From positions 23,064,001 to 23,128,000 of the forward strand of contig NC_045716.1 in the NCBI RefSeq assembly GCF_009834535.1: a stretch of 64,000 bases of DNA. Direction: 5' to 3'. The notes beneath the pieces are model-generated. The model was not told the DNA's origin. It searched no databases and worked only from the letters and a program-made list of their open reading frames with translations. The translations under genes and the position numbers were made by a program. Below, piece after piece: positions 22,750-36,491 of the stretch. Origin of the DNA: Camelus ferus. Taxonomy: Eukaryota. Every line of letters begins with the position of its first letter. Position 1 is the stretch's first letter.

Positions 22750-25700
22750 TTATATATATATTTGTGATAAAAACACACACAACATCAATTTACCTTCTTA
22801 ACAAATTTTAAATGCACATTACAGTACTGTTAACTACATGCACATGGTTGTACAGCAGATCTCCAGAAATTTTTCATCTTACAGGACTGAACCTCTGTAC
22901 TCGTTCAATAACAACTCCCCATNNNNNNNNNNNNNNNNNNNNNNNNNNNNNNNNNNNNNNNNNNNNNNNNNNNNNNNNNNNNNNNNNNNNNNNNNNNNNN
23001 NNNNNNNNNNNNNNNNNNNNNNNNNNNNNNNNNNNNNNNNNNNNNNNNNNNNNNNNNNNNNNNNNNNNNNNNNNNNNNNNNNNNNNNNNNNNNNNNNNNN
23101 NNNNNNNNNNNNNNNNNNNNNNNNNNNNNNNNNNNNNNNNNNNNNNNNNNNNNNNNNNNNNNNNNNNNNNNNNNNNNNNNNNNTGCTTCTAGATCTTGCC
23201 TATTGTGAATAATGCTGCAATGAACATGGAGTGCTAGTTTCTTTTCAAGATCCTGTTTTCAGATATTTTCAATGTAAATCCAAACATGGGATTGCTGGGT
23301 ATATAGTAGTTCTACTGCTAAAAATCTGAGGACACACCATACTATTTTCCATAGTGGATGCACTATTTTACATTCCCACCAACAGTGCACAAATGTTCCA
23401 ATTTCTCCACATGCTTACCAATACTTGTTATTTTCTGTTTTCTTGTTTGTTTGTTTTATAGTGGTCATCCTAATGAGTGTGAGATTATACCTTATTTGTT
23501 TTAAATTTGCATTTCCCTGATGATTAGTGACGTTGAGCATCTTTTCACATGTTTCTTGACCATTTGTGTATCTACTTTGGAGAAATGTTTATTCAGCTCC
23601 TTTGCCCATTTATAAATGTTTTTGTTGTTGTTGTTCTTTCATTTTGGTTTTTTTTTGTAATTGAGTTGTAGTTCTTTATGTCCTGGATATTAACCCCTTA
23701 TCTGATATATGGTTTACAAATATTTTCTCCCATCCTGTACATTACCTTTTCACTCTGTTGATTTTTTCCCACAGAAGTTTTTAAGCTTAATGTAATCCCA
23801 TTTGCCTATTTTTGCTTTTGTTACCTGTGTTTGGTGACATAGCCACGAAATCGTCACTCATTACAAGGTCATGAGGATTTTCCTNNNNNNNNNNNNNNNN
23901 NNNNNNNNNNNNNNNNNNNNNNNNNNNNNNNNNNNNNNNNNNNNNNNNNNNNNNNNNNNNNNNNNNNNNNNNNNNNNNNNNNNNNNNNNNNNNNNNNNNN
24001 NNNNNNNNNNNNNNNNNNNNNNNNNNNNNNNNNNNNNNNNNNNNNNNNNNNNNNNNNNNNNNNNGCATCCTTGTTGAAAAATCACTCGACCATGTATGTG
24101 AAGGTGTATTTCTGCATTCTCCGTTCTGTTCCATTGGTCTGTATGTCTGTCTTTTTGCCAGTTCCAGACTGTTTTGATTACTGTAGCTTTGTAAAATGTT
24201 TTGAAATCAGGAAGTGTAAGGGCTTCAGCTTTGCTCTTTCTCAAGATTTTTTGGGCTATTTGAGGTCATTTGAGGTTCCATATGAATTTTAGGATAGTTT
24301 TTTTCTTCTTCCAAAAAATTCCATTGGAATCTTGATAGGGATTGCATTTAATCTATAGATGACTTTGGATAGTGTGGACATTTTAATAATATTAAGTCTT
24401 CCAATCCATGAACATAGGATGTCTTTCCCTTTATTTGTGCTTTCTTTAGTTTCTTTCAACAATGTTTTGTAGTTCTCAATGTACAAGTCTTTTTCCTCCT
24501 TGGTTAAGTTAATTACNNNNNNNNNNNNNNNNNNNNNNNNNNNNNNNNNNNNNNNNNNNNNNNNNNNNNNNNNNNNNNNNNNNNNNNNNNNNNNNNNNNN
24601 NNNNNNNNNNNNNNNNNNNNNNNNNNNNNNNNNNNNNNNNNNNNNNNNNNNNNNNTTAGTTCTAACAATTTCTTTGTGGAATCTCTAGGTTTTGCACATA
24701 TAAGATTATGTCATCTGGGAACAGAGATAATTTTAGTTCTTCTTTCCCCATGTGGATGCCTTTTATTTATTTTCATTGCCTAATTGCTTTGGCTAGGACT
24801 CCAGTATTACACTGAACAGAAGTGGTAAAAGTGGGCATCTTTGCCTTGTCCCTGATCTTAGAGGAGAAGTCTTCTGTTTTTCACTGTTGAGTATGAAGTT
24901 TACTGTGAGCTTTTCATTATGATTGACTTACATTATGGTGAGGTNNNNNNNNNNNNNNNNNNNNNNNNNNNNNNNNNNNNNNNNNNNNNNNNNNNNNNNN
25001 NNNNNNNNNNNNNNNNNNNNNNNNNNNNNNNNNNNNNNNNNNNNNNNNNNNNNNNNNNNNNNNNNNNNNNNNNNNNNNNNNNNNNNNNNNNNNNNNNNNN
25101 NNNNNNNNNNNNNNNNNNNNNNNNNNNNNNNNNNNNNNNNNNNNNNNNNNNNNNNNNNNNNNNNNNNNNNNNNNNNNNNNNNNNNNNNNNNNNNNNNNNN
25201 NNNNNNNNNNNNNNNNNNNNNNNNNNNNNNNNNNNNNNNNNNNNNNNNNNNNNNNNNNNNNNNNNNNNNNNNNNNNNNNNNNNNNNNNNNNNNNNNNNNN
25301 NNNNNNNNNNNNNNNNNNNTTCTCTTTAACTTTTGGGAAGAGTTTGAGAAGGATTGGTGTTAATTTTCTTTAATTGTTTGATAGAAAAGTGCATTGAAAC
25401 TATCTGGTTTTGGGCTTTTCTTTGTTTGGGTTTTTTCTTGATTACTGATTCAGTCTCCTTACTAATTATAAGTCTGTTCAGAAATTCTAATTCTTCATGA
25501 TTCAGTGTTGGTAGGTTCTGTGTTTCTAAGAAGTTACCCATTTTGTCTAGGTTATCCAAATTTTTGGCTTATAATTGTTCACACTAGTGTCTTATTATCC
25601 TTTGTATTTCCCTGGCATCAGTTGTAATGTCTCCTCTTTCATTTCCGACTTCAGCGATTTGAATCTTCTTTTTTTTTTCTTAGTTAATCTAGCTAAAGAC

Positions 25701-26330
25701 TTGTCAAATTTGTTGGTATTTTAAGAATTACTCTTAGTTTATTGGATTTTTTCTGTTGTGTTAATTCTCTATTTCTTTTATTCCGCTCTGATATTTATTC
25801 CTTTCTTCCTTCTGCTAACTTTAAATTTAAATTTTTTCCTTTTCTAGTTCCCTGGGGAGTAAAGTTAGGTTGAGATTTGATATTGCTTTTCTTTTTCTTT
25901 TATTTTTATTAAGTTTTTTAAAGAGAAGTTTTAAATTCACAGCAAAATTTAGGAGAAGGTATATAGACTTTCTCATATACTCCCTGCTCTGACACATGTG
26001 TAGCCTCCCCGATTATAAACATATTCCACCAGAGTGGTGCATTTGTTACAATAGATGAAGCCACCTTGACACATCATAATCACCCAAGGTCCATAGCTTA
26101 CAATTACATTCCATTCTTGGTGTTGTACATTCTACGGGTACATGTATTTGGATAAATGTATAATGACATGTATCTGTCATTATAATATCATACAGAGTAC
26201 TTTTATTGCCTTAAAAATCCCCTTTCTTCTTTTTCTAATGTAGATGTTTACTGCTATAAATTTCTCTCTTAGCACTGCTTTTCCTGCATTTCATGTTTTG
26301 GTATGCTATGCTTTTATTTTCATTTGTCTC
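22750..26330 (-). mobile_element. LINE-1 remnant (ORF2 and 3'UTR) with four N gaps and a second L1 3' fragment nested at ~25890-26225
   Basis: Minus-strand ORFs match L1 ORF2 motifs: [41 protein letters not shown]...[35 protein letters not shown]. Confidence 0.92.
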
Positions 26331-28904
26331 AGGTGCCAAGTCCTTGATGCGGTGGTTCCTTGAAACCTAAGGTGCAGGTGTGCCATGAGAAATCCCAGAG
26401 GTGGCTCAGAATAGAGCTCATTTCGCTGTCCCTGATTTGTGTCTGGAGACCAACACTTCCATCCCTCTAGGACTTTTGAACAGCTGGCCCTGAGCTGTTC
26501 TAAAATGAACAGGTGTGTGACCTCAGTTAGAGGCCTGTTTCTAGAGGGGTCTGAGCACAAGCCTAGAGCGCTGGGGAGGATGCTGAGCTTCAGTGGAGGT
26601 CAGAGAACCTTAACAACAGTCAGCGCTTGGGCTGCAGGGCCTGAAACCATAGAGGCCCCAAAGGAGCAAAAGCAGCCGCTGCAAAGTCAGGCAGCTCAGC
26701 TGGAGGCCTCCCTGGGGAGTGCTGGGGTCAGAGAAGGGTGGGTCTTCCTCTCTCCCCAAGGAGTCCAGGGACCAGACAGCCTGAACAGAGCAGGGGAGAG
26801 GGAGCCAGAAGCAGGGTCCTGTGGGGGTCCCACAGGGGAGCTGAGAAGGGTCCATCTGTCTGGAGTCTCACACTGGCCTGGTCTAGTGTCTAAACTATTG
26901 AGACTGAGGTGGGCATGCCCACTGATGCCCATCAAACCCATCTGTAGCCACACTTGTCATTCTACAGGGTGAGAATCTGGTTTATCTTGCCGCATTAGGG
27001 TAAGGAACCCAAAACCACCTGTGTCAGCTTTTGTACTTCCTGTACTTTTGGTTTTCCTTTTCATTTCGATTCCTAATAAAGTTCCTTTTGGAAAACTATA
27101 CAATCCTTTCTGCTTGTTCAATGTTAAAAGTTAAAAAAAAAAACACCAAAAATCTTTCTCATCCAAGGCTCATTTGGTCCTCCTGACAATCCTGTGAGAT
27201 AGGATTTTACAGACAAAGATATCGAGGCTCAGAGAGGCCATGTGACTCAGCCAAAGACACATGGCTGGTGACTAGCAGACTTGCCACTGATTAAGTACTC
27301 AGTATTTGTTGAGTGGATAATTACAAACTGAGGTCAACTCCTAAGGGATCATACTTATAATAGTTTTTAACAAAGGAACCTGATGTAGCCTGGGAATGGG
27401 GAGTGTCCTTGTGGAAGTGACTTCCACATGGATGTCTCACAGTGTATGAAACTGACAAGTCCAAAAACAAACTCTTGTTTTTCCCTCCAAATCCACATCC
27501 CCAACCCCACCTTCCCATATTAATGGTGCTACCATATATTCAGCTGTTCAAGCCAAATCCAGAGGTCTTCTTGGGTTCTTCCTTACCCTAATTGGTCAGC
27601 AAGTTCTATTGGTTTTACCTCAAAAGTAAATCTCAAATCTGTCCACTTGTTTCCTTCTTTAATGCCCCTCCCATCATTTTAAAACCATCACCATCTCCCC
27701 CGACTGCAAGTGCCAGTCTTCTCTGTTTTCCACATGACCTGCTTCAATCCATTCTTGAAATAACTGCCAAGGTCATCTTTTCTACTTCTTCTAAAAGAAT
27801 GCCCACGACCCATATCCTCCAGCAGCAGCAGAAGCATCAACAAAAAATTAAGCAATGCAGTAAAGTACAGAGAAGAAAGGAAAAATTTAATCACTATCCC
27901 ACTACCCAGAAATAAGCATTAATATTTGTGGAACACCATTTGACTCTCTACCAGTACAGACAGCTAGAGAGACTGACAGACTAACAGAAAAAAAGCTACA
28001 AAAATGGAACCATAATACATGTTATTTATAATGAAAGGTACTATTAAAGTTTTACTTATAGATAACAAAAGGGAAAAGTATCAAAGGGAAAATGAACAAA
28101 TTACTGAGCTTCAGATAAATATTTTTCATCATGAGAAATATTAATTTGTAAAGGATTCAGAGATGAAAAACAGCTCCTCACCACATGCTTTCATTTTGGA
28201 TAGCCTTTTTGGACTCTGCCAGAAGCATAAGGAAAATAGTATATTCACACTTCCTCCCGTTTTCCCTACCCCAATCTACCAATTTCTGATAGTTATCTTA
28301 CTTAATTTTAAAATGTTGATGTATACAGTATCTACATTCTGTTTTGTAGATTTCCAAAGCAAGTTTAGTCTTAGTTCTATGAATTCAGTGCTCACAAACA
28401 GACCTTTCAGCCTGGCCTCTTCATTCCTGCATCCTTTATTTGAGTCATCACTTCTTTCATTGGGTTTCAAAGGGCTCTTGGCTTCTGTATTCCCTGAGTC
28501 CTTTCAGCTTGAGACTGTTGATACTTTGTAGGGCATAAAATTCTCAGGTCATGCATTCTTTCTCTCTGAGCCCCGTAGACATGGATCCACTGTTGCTGCC
28601 ATTGCAAGCTGCATGGGAAAATCTCAGGCTAACTGGAGTTTCCTGCCTTGTCTGTGGCTTGCTTTCCCTCCATGGATGGTCTCTCTTCTTTTTTTTCTCT
28701 TTCCTTTTCTACCATTTTAGTGATGAAATATTTCAAGCATACAGAAAAGTACAGAAAATAGCACAGTATCCAATCATAAGCGTTGCTGAATCTGAACATA
28801 TTAAAAAAATTGCTTTAGATCACTTGCAATAAAACAAAACCTACAGATTCAGGTGAAGGCTTCCACGTGCCATCTTATATTGCATGGGCCCTTCCCATCA
28901 CTGT

Positions 28905-29431
28905 AGCCACTGTTATTCTGGTTGGTCTAAGCATTAAACTGACATGAGACAGATTAATAGGAGAAAATCAAACGAAAGTTTAATAACATGTATACATGGG
29001 AGAGACTCAGGAAAACTGGGTAACTCACTAAAATGGCCAAAACCCTCATCTTAAATACCTCCTTCAGCTAAAGACAAAAGGGGAATTTAAGGGTAGTGGT
29101 TTGGAGCTTCAAAGGGGAGGTAGACAATTCACTTGGAAATGGAAAAGTAAACATTTGGTAAACAAATGTTTGCTAAGGCAGGCAGAGACAATGGGACACA
29201 CAGTGGACTCTGATCTCTTTTCCACCACACCCAGCCTGTATTCTCTGCAGGTATAGCTGGTGATAGCTCTGTTTGGAGAACAGGCCCTTTATCTAAATTC
29301 TTTAGGCAGCTGAGGGGGAGGTAAAAAGAAAGACTTCCTGAATCTTCTGTTTCTTAAAAAAATAACAACCTAAATTAATCTTCAAACTGAAGAGACACAT
29401 TTTGGAGTGGCAAATTTTTCTCTCCCTATGC
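28905..29431 (-). mobile_element. ERV1-class solo LTR (MER4-group-like)
   Basis: Reverse complement begins tgcatagggagagaaaaatttgccactccaaaatgtgtctc, typical of MER4-group LTR 5' ends; the 3' end is degraded. Confidence 0.6.
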
Positions 29432-30469
29432 AAACATCCTGAATTATGTATTTACGATTCCTTTGATTAAAAATTTTTTTGATCACATATGTACATATTC
29501 CTAAGGAATATGTTACTTAGTGTTACATGTTTTTGCACTTTATATAAATGGTATCATAATGCATGGATTCTTCAGCAACTTCCCCTCTTGTTTAAAATAA
29601 GAGATTTATCCATATTGATGGAGTTCATTCATTTCCATTACTATATCATATTTCACTTAAAAAATATGCTCTAATTTATTTACCTATACTCCTGTTGTGA
29701 CCATTAGAGCTGTTTTCATTTCTTTTTCTGTTTCCTTTAAGACTATTTTATCATCTATTAATTAGAAATTTTTATTGTATTATAGTAAGAAAACATAATT
29801 GTAATCTATATGATATTGAGTTTTTAGAATTTATTGAGACTTCTTTTGTGTCCTAGAGCTTATTCAATATTACATGATCCACATGGGCTAGAGAAGAATG
29901 TTCACTTCCTCTTTGTTGCGTGTAGAGATCTATAGATACCAGTAGCTTGAATTTCTCAATATTATTCAGCTATTTTATATTTCTGCTTATTTTTTTTCTC
30001 CTTGGTCAATCAGTTTCCAAGAAGAGTGTATTAAAATCTCTAACTATAATTTCTTTCTTTCTTTCTTCCAGAAGTTTTGTTAGCTATTGCTTTGTATATT
30101 TTGAGGCTATATTATTGGTGTTTTTATGTTCATGATGTTTATATTTTCTTGTATTATGTTCCTCTTGTCTCATATTTTTTCATCTTGAATTCTCTTTTAT
30201 CAAATATCAAAATTGCTTCTCTGATACTTCCTATGTTTTATATTTACCTGGTGAATTTTTTCCTATTCTTTTATTTTAAATATTTAATTTTTTATATTTT
30301 AAATATTAATTTAAAATATTTAAATATTTAATTTAATTTTATTTCTCTTGTATGCAACATACTCCTGAAAAAAAATTTAAACCCAATCTGGGAAACTTTG
30401 TCTTATAAGAAATATGTTTATTTTGTTCATCATGATTACAAATACTGTTATGGAATTAAGACTTATTCC

Positions 30470-30862
30470 ACCATATAAATTTTTAAAAAACTTTTATACA
30501 GTTTTAAAGGTTACACTCCATTTACAGTTATTACACAATAATGGCTGTATTCCTCCTGTTGTACAATACATCCTTGTAGCCTATCTTACACCCAATAGTT
30601 TATACCTCCCCATCCCCCAACCCTTTTTGTCCTTCCCCACCACTGATAACCACTAGTTTGTCCTTGTATCTGTGAGTCTGCTTCTTTTTTGTTATATTCA
30701 TTAGTTTGTTGTATTTTTTAGACTCCACATATAAGTATTATCATACAGTGTCTTTCTCTGTCTGAATTATTTCACTTAGCATAATGCCCTCCAAGTCCAT
30801 CCAAGTGCATCCATCGCTGCAAATGTCAAAATTTCGTTCTTTTTCCTAGCTAAGCAGTATTC
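30470..30862 (-). mobile_element. LINE-1 3'UTR fragment
   Basis: Reverse-strand L1 3' motifs (gactccacatataagt...tttcacttagcataatgccctccaagtccatcc...gctgcaaatg). Confidence 0.8.
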
Positions 30863-31767
30863 TCTGCCATTTTTTTTTAATTTCCTATATACTATGCCTA
30901 TTTTTTCTTTCTTTTCTTTCTTGCTTTCCAATGGATAGAGGCAACTTTCTTCTATTTTAAAAGTTATACATTCTACATTTTTAAAATGTTATGGTTGCTT
31001 TCATTTAAGTCCATGTTACTCCTCTGAATAATTTCCAGTTGTATCATTCATTTTACATTTCCATTAAAAGGAAAAGTACTTTTTCACACCCTCATCCCTG
31101 TAGTCTTGCTTTTTCCTCTCTCTCACATCCCCTCATCTTGAAAGTTCCTGTAATTCAGGCTGATTCTTGCTTTGTGTAAGTCTCCAAGCAAAGGCTAGCT
31201 GGCTTGTCCTTTAAGGGCTTTTCCTGAGGCTGATAATAAAATTCTGTGCCAAGGCCTTTTTGCTTACAGCTCATCTGCAGACGGAGTCCAGCTGCAAATA
31301 CAGTCTGTAACAACTGGAGACTGCTCGCCAACCAACCATCCCATCCTCTTTCTCCTTTCCCCTTTGGCCTTTTAAAATAATCAATTTGATCATATTCTTT
31401 AACCAATTCTACTCCCCATGTCTCAGGGATCCTTCTAATTTACGTCTCCTCTGATTTGAGTCCTTTCTCTAAGAGTGTTTTTAATGCAGGTCTTTTTCCT
31501 GAGGCCTGTTTTGTCCGAGAATATTTTCATTCTACCCTCACATTTGAACCACTATTTGGCCCTAGCCAAGATTTCTTTACACATTCAAAACCATTGTTAC
31601 TTTGCCTTCTTGCTTCTAGTCTTTCTGTTGGGAAGTCTGATGTCAGTTTGATTTTGTTCCTTTGTATTGCTTTTGACATCTATTGAGATAATCATATGGT
31701 TTTGATTTTTCATCTGTTAATGGGGTGACTTACAGTAATATATTTTCTAATGTTAAAACCATATCTG

Positions 31768-31927
31768 GATGCGGCGGGTATAGCTCAGTGGTAGAGCATG
31801 TGCTTAGCATGCACGAGGTCCTAGGTTCAATCCCTGGTACCTTCATCAAAAAACAGACAAATAAATAAAACTATCTCCCCCATCAAAACAAAAAACAAAA
31901 CAAAGCAAAAAACCACCAAAGACAAAA
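31768..31927 (+). mobile_element. tRNA-Ala-derived SINE
   Basis: Head gggtatagctcagtggtagagcatgtgcttagcatgcacgaggtcc; 14-bp TSD taaaaccat(a/c)tctg at 31754-31767 and 31928-31941. Confidence 0.9.
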
Positions 31928-32343
31928 TAAAACCATCTCTGCATTCATGGCATAGGCCCAATTTAGTCATGATGTATTTTTCTTAAGTGTAATGCTAGAT
32001 TCCATTTGCTAACATTTTATTTAGGATTTTCAGTCTGTAAGCAGATGTGAGATTGGCTGCTAATTTACTTTCTCAGATGGTACATTTCTGTTGTTAGAAT
32101 CTAGGATGCTCTACTTAGTACACAGATTTGACTGTGTGTAACAAATACTAAAAACAGCAGTGGCTTGAAGGAGGAAGAAGTTGATTTCTTTGTGATGTAC
32201 TATCTGGAGGTTTGAGGTCTAGGGCTGGTTTGGTGGCTCTGCTCAGCTATCCCTAGTTTGTATTGTTCAGACGTCTCATCTGTATTCTAAGCAGCAGTAT
32301 GAAAGAATGGGGTGTTCTCTGCCATTCAGGGCATGAATCAGAA

Positions 32344-33296
32344 GTTTGGAATCAGAGCCAGACACGAACTTAGGTTTGGCTGATCATTGCTCAAAAGTCA
32401 GTGTTCCAGAGACGAGGGTTGGTGGAAAAACTATATATGAAATAGATAAGCAACAAGTTTATACTGTATAGCACAGGAACTATATTCAATATCTTGTAGT
32501 AACCTATAATGAAAAAGAATATGAAAAGAAATATATGTATATATATGTATGACTGAAACATTATGCTGTGCACCAGAAATGGACACATTGTGAACTGGCT
32601 ATATGTCAACTAAAAAAAAAAAAAAAAAAGACAGATGCTTTATTCAGGAAGCTGGCAATCTGGGAAGATGGTGGACTAGTATCCCCAAAATCACCTCTGA
32701 GTTTCCAGTTAGAGGGAAGAGGATTTTATAGGGAAAACCTGGAACTTTCAGGGGTGTGCAGGTGGGGGCTATGTGCAGAGCAGCACAGTCAGCTCAAAAC
32801 TGGTCCAGCAGTGGTCTGGTCAGCATCACCTTGATTGTTTTAAGTGCAGTTAATCAACAAACTCCAGTTTGTTCCCATTTCCTTGAGGCCAGTTTCTGGA
32901 GTTATCCAAGCCAGAGACTGAGTACTGTTCAAGATGGAGCAGCTTGTTATGGCTATGGTCTGATCATGCAGCTTTTCCCTTCTGGTAGTGGTTTTAGTAT
33001 CAGCAAAACAACTCAGGAATGTGCATCAGACACTTATCTATGTCCTTAGGGAAGGACTAAGGAGTCTGTGACTGCTATGTGGCTGACCTGTTGCTTAAAT
33101 TGTTACCAGTTCTCCTGGTCCAACTGATAACTTTTGTTACTATGTGTTCACATTCTTCCCATCCTTAACTCTTGAGCTGTTTTTTTTGTGACTCACAGGA
33201 GGCCTGGGACACCAAAGCTTGTCTACAAACACGAGGCAGGTGGAGAACATGGTGGGTCTGTCTGGAGAAGGTCCCATAGGGTCCTGCTCAGTTACA
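32344..33296 (-). mobile_element. ERV1 LTR (MER21/MER34-like) interrupted by an L1 3' tail (~32426-32629), itself inside an MLT1-like MaLR LTR (~32100-33360)
   Basis: One terminus ...gggtcctgctcagttaca at 33296; reverse aataaag (ctttatt ~32638); L1 3'UTR with poly-A in the middle; MLT1-like flanks resume at tcacttctg...cttagtcacgtggctacacctagctg. The left boundary is approximate. Confidence 0.65.
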
Positions 33297-34790
33297 TCAC
33301 TTCTGTCTACTTCTCTTGCTCAGAGCTTAGTCACGTGGCTACACCTAGCTGGGAAGTGTGGCCTTTATTTGAACTTACAAGTAAGGGTTCTTTTGCTATG
33401 AGAGACAAGAGGAGAACAGATGATGGGGCAACCAGCAATCTTTATCACGAAGGTTATTTCATATCTGCCACATAAAGTAAGCTGGGCACTATTTCCTTTT
33501 TTTCTGGAGATACAGATTTTTTTTCTTGATTATCTGATAAACTTGCCCACAAAACCCATCTTAGTCTACTGTATTTTTAATTTTTACCTTTATTGTGTAG
33601 ATTTATACTACTGATCAATTTCTTTAATAGTTATAGGTCTTTAGATTTTCTCTCTCTCAATGTTGGTATATTATATATATTTATTTCCTGCAAAACTGCC
33701 TATTTTATGTAATTTTTCAAATTTCAATCTCAGTTGTATCTGGGGGTGGTGGTGGGGATTCTGGTTAATCTGTTTTAAGAGTCTCGGTTTTCAAAGTCAT
33801 TTTGCTTTTGCCAAGCACCTCAGGCCATTGCCAGTATAACACCACTTTTTATGCTAATTTCTTATTCTGAGATTTTCTGAACCACGCCAGCCATGTAAAC
33901 TAAAATCCCAAATCTGCATGAAGGCAGACCCATGGGTAAAATTTCTCCAGGAAAACCGTTTTCTCTGGATGATTTTTCCATCCAGAGTCCCGGATCAGGC
34001 TATGCAATCTTCCTTGTGATCTCTTCTTGCTGGTGGGAGATTTTTCTTTCAGGGCGATTCCTCCACTAAGGGAGCAATTCTTTGAGGGTCTTTGCTTCAC
34101 ATAGGGGGCTTTCCAATTCCTGGCTATTTGCAGATATAAAGACTCATTTCTTCTCAACTGATCCCTAAAGACTGAAGCCCTTTGTTTCCTGAGGCTAGAA
34201 ACCACCCCTTCCTGAGGACAGCTGTAACATTAACTCATGCTGCTTGGTTTTCAGCTCCTCCTTTGCTTTGAGTCTCCAAAGATTTCCTTTACTTTTTTGT
34301 GAGTTTGGCAATAAATTAGAAAAAGTATGACTGTTTCAACCAGATGGAAATGGAAGTCAAATTCTTTTTTCTCAACACAGTAACTTCATCAGAATATGTC
34401 TCAGTTTTGATAAATTCTGGATCATTCTTTCCTTGGAATATGCTGAACAGCCAAGGATTTATTTTAGATTATTTTATTCGATTTGCTTCATTCTCTTCTT
34501 TAGGAATGCAGATTACATATTGATTGGATTTTTCTGTTTTCCACATTTCTTCTTCTTTCCATCTGATATTTTCATTGTTTTGCTTTTCCTTTCTTTTTCT
34601 TTTTTTCTTTTTTTCAGGACCTCATGGACACCAAGCATGGGCTCTACCACTGACCTACACCCTCAACCCTGTCCATTTCTGCTTTATGATTTTCTTAAAC
34701 CTATCATTAGGTTCCTGATTTTAATTTCCATTGTGTTTATTCTATTTTAGCATATGACCTTCATCTGTGTAACATTTGAATTTTTTCAAT

Positions 34791-34922
34791 TTTTTTGTTT
34801 GTTTTGTTTTATTTTTAAATGGAGGAGGTAATTAGGTTTATTTTTTTAGTGGAGGTACTGGGGATTGAAGTCAGGACATCATGTCTGCAGGCTGGCACTT
34901 TACCACTGAGCTTACCCTCCCC
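34791..34922 (-). mobile_element. tRNA-Ala-derived SINE (diverged)
   Basis: Same head and aggtaattaggtttattt tail in reverse orientation. Confidence 0.8.
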
Positions 34923-35719
34923 GCTTTTTATTTCTTATCTGAAGTCTTCTAATTCTCCCTTCTCCTTTTGCTATATAATCTTTTCTCTGAATCCTTGTAT
35001 CTTTTTTAAAAGTTATTTTTAAATTTTCTTGACCATTATCCTTTCTGATTATTGTTGACTTTGAGCAGAGCTAGCTATCGCCTGAAGGGTGGTGCGCTGT
35101 AGAGCGGGGGCGGTGTAGGTGGGCTGGAGCGGTCCCTGGGGTGTGTAGGGGTACATATCTCCTCTCACTTTCAGTGTTTGGGAGGTAGGGGTGCATCTCA
35201 GTAAAACTTGGTGGCATCTAGTCTGACATCCTCTGCCTCCTCTCTTGCTTCACCCCAGTTCACCTCTGGTGGCATCCTTGACCAGGAGGCCATGTCAAGG
35301 CAACAGGAATGTCATGCCAGCATGGCTTCTTCTCAAGCTACCTTTTCCCTGATGCCCTGCGGTGACAAACTAGGTCTCCGCAGGGAGTCCTCTCCTAAGC
35401 CTGTTCTCAACCTCCAATATTAGTGTTTCAATCAAAGGGACATTGGATTTCCCTTCCAGGAGGTGTTCCACCCAAGGGTTTGGGCAGTGTGTTTCTGCTT
35501 TCATAGAATGCCCTTGCTTAGGTCCACACATAACTATATTTGGCAGGTGCTCTTCATGATTTGTGGCTTGCGGTTATACCAGTTTCATCAAACATGGTCT
35601 TTTTCATCTCCTCTACTTTTTTTTTTTTTAATTCTTTGGAGGTTCCAAAGTGGAGAAACAAAAAACACCTCTACTCTGCCATCTTTCATTGAGAGCGTGT
35701 CCCAGCGTCATGCTTAAGC

Positions 35720-36260
35720 CCTAAGTTAGAGTCTGTCACTCTTATTACTTAAAATCCTTCCATGGTTTCCTGTGGTACTTGGAATAAAACCCAGGCTCCT
35801 GACGCTGGTCTCAGAGGCTCTGCGTGACTTGACCCCCACGGGCCTCTGCAATTCCATCTGATGCCATTCTCTCCCTCGCCACCCGTGCCCCACCCACACC
35901 TGTCTTCTTTTGCTTCTTTCACACTCCCAAACTCCCTCCTGTCTCTGGGCCACTGCCCGGAACGCTCATCCCCGACTAACCCGTGTGGGGAACTCCTCAT
36001 TCCTCAAGTCTCAGGTGAAATGTCTCCTCCTTAGCAAGCCCTCGCCTGACCACCCTACCCAGGTGGTGACTCTTTATCACAGCACCCGTTTGTTTTCATT
36101 CACAGCCCTTACTACAGCTTGTAATTTACACTTATTTCCTGGCTTCCTCACTTGATTACAAGCCCCACCAGGGAGAGGAATGCATCCATTTTTTTCCACC
36201 AGTGTGTCCCCAGGGCCCAGTGTAGTGTCACGACCTAATAAACATTTGTGGCATGATGAA
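35720..36260 (+). mobile_element. LINE-2 3' fragment
   Basis: cttaaaatccttccatggtttcctgtgg...tcaagtctcaggtgaaatgtctcctcc...taataaacatttgtgg, an L2 terminal region. Confidence 0.7.
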
Positions 36261-36307
36261 GAGGGAATTGGAAAGTTGTACCCTTGGGAACCACATTGAA
36301 GAGTTTA

Positions 36308-36347
36308 CTTTTTAATTGTTTAATTTTATTTATTTGGGGGTGCTTGT

Positions 36348-36411
<64 letters not shown>

Positions 36412-36491
36412 TGGAGATACTGGAGGTTGAACCAAGGACCTGGTGCATGCTAAGCATGTGCTCTACCACTGAGCTATACCCTTCCTGCCTC
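36308..36491 (-). mobile_element. tRNA-Ala-derived SINE with expanded (TTTA)n tail
   Basis: TSD gaagagttta at 36298-36307 and 36492-36501; (ttta)n at ~36347-36410. Confidence 0.9.

Noticed and set aside
23787-25559. Minus-strand ORFs with reverse-transcriptase-associated motifs as a host gene or active element
   Set aside because: Fragmented, frameshifted, 5'-truncated L1 ORF2 remnant.
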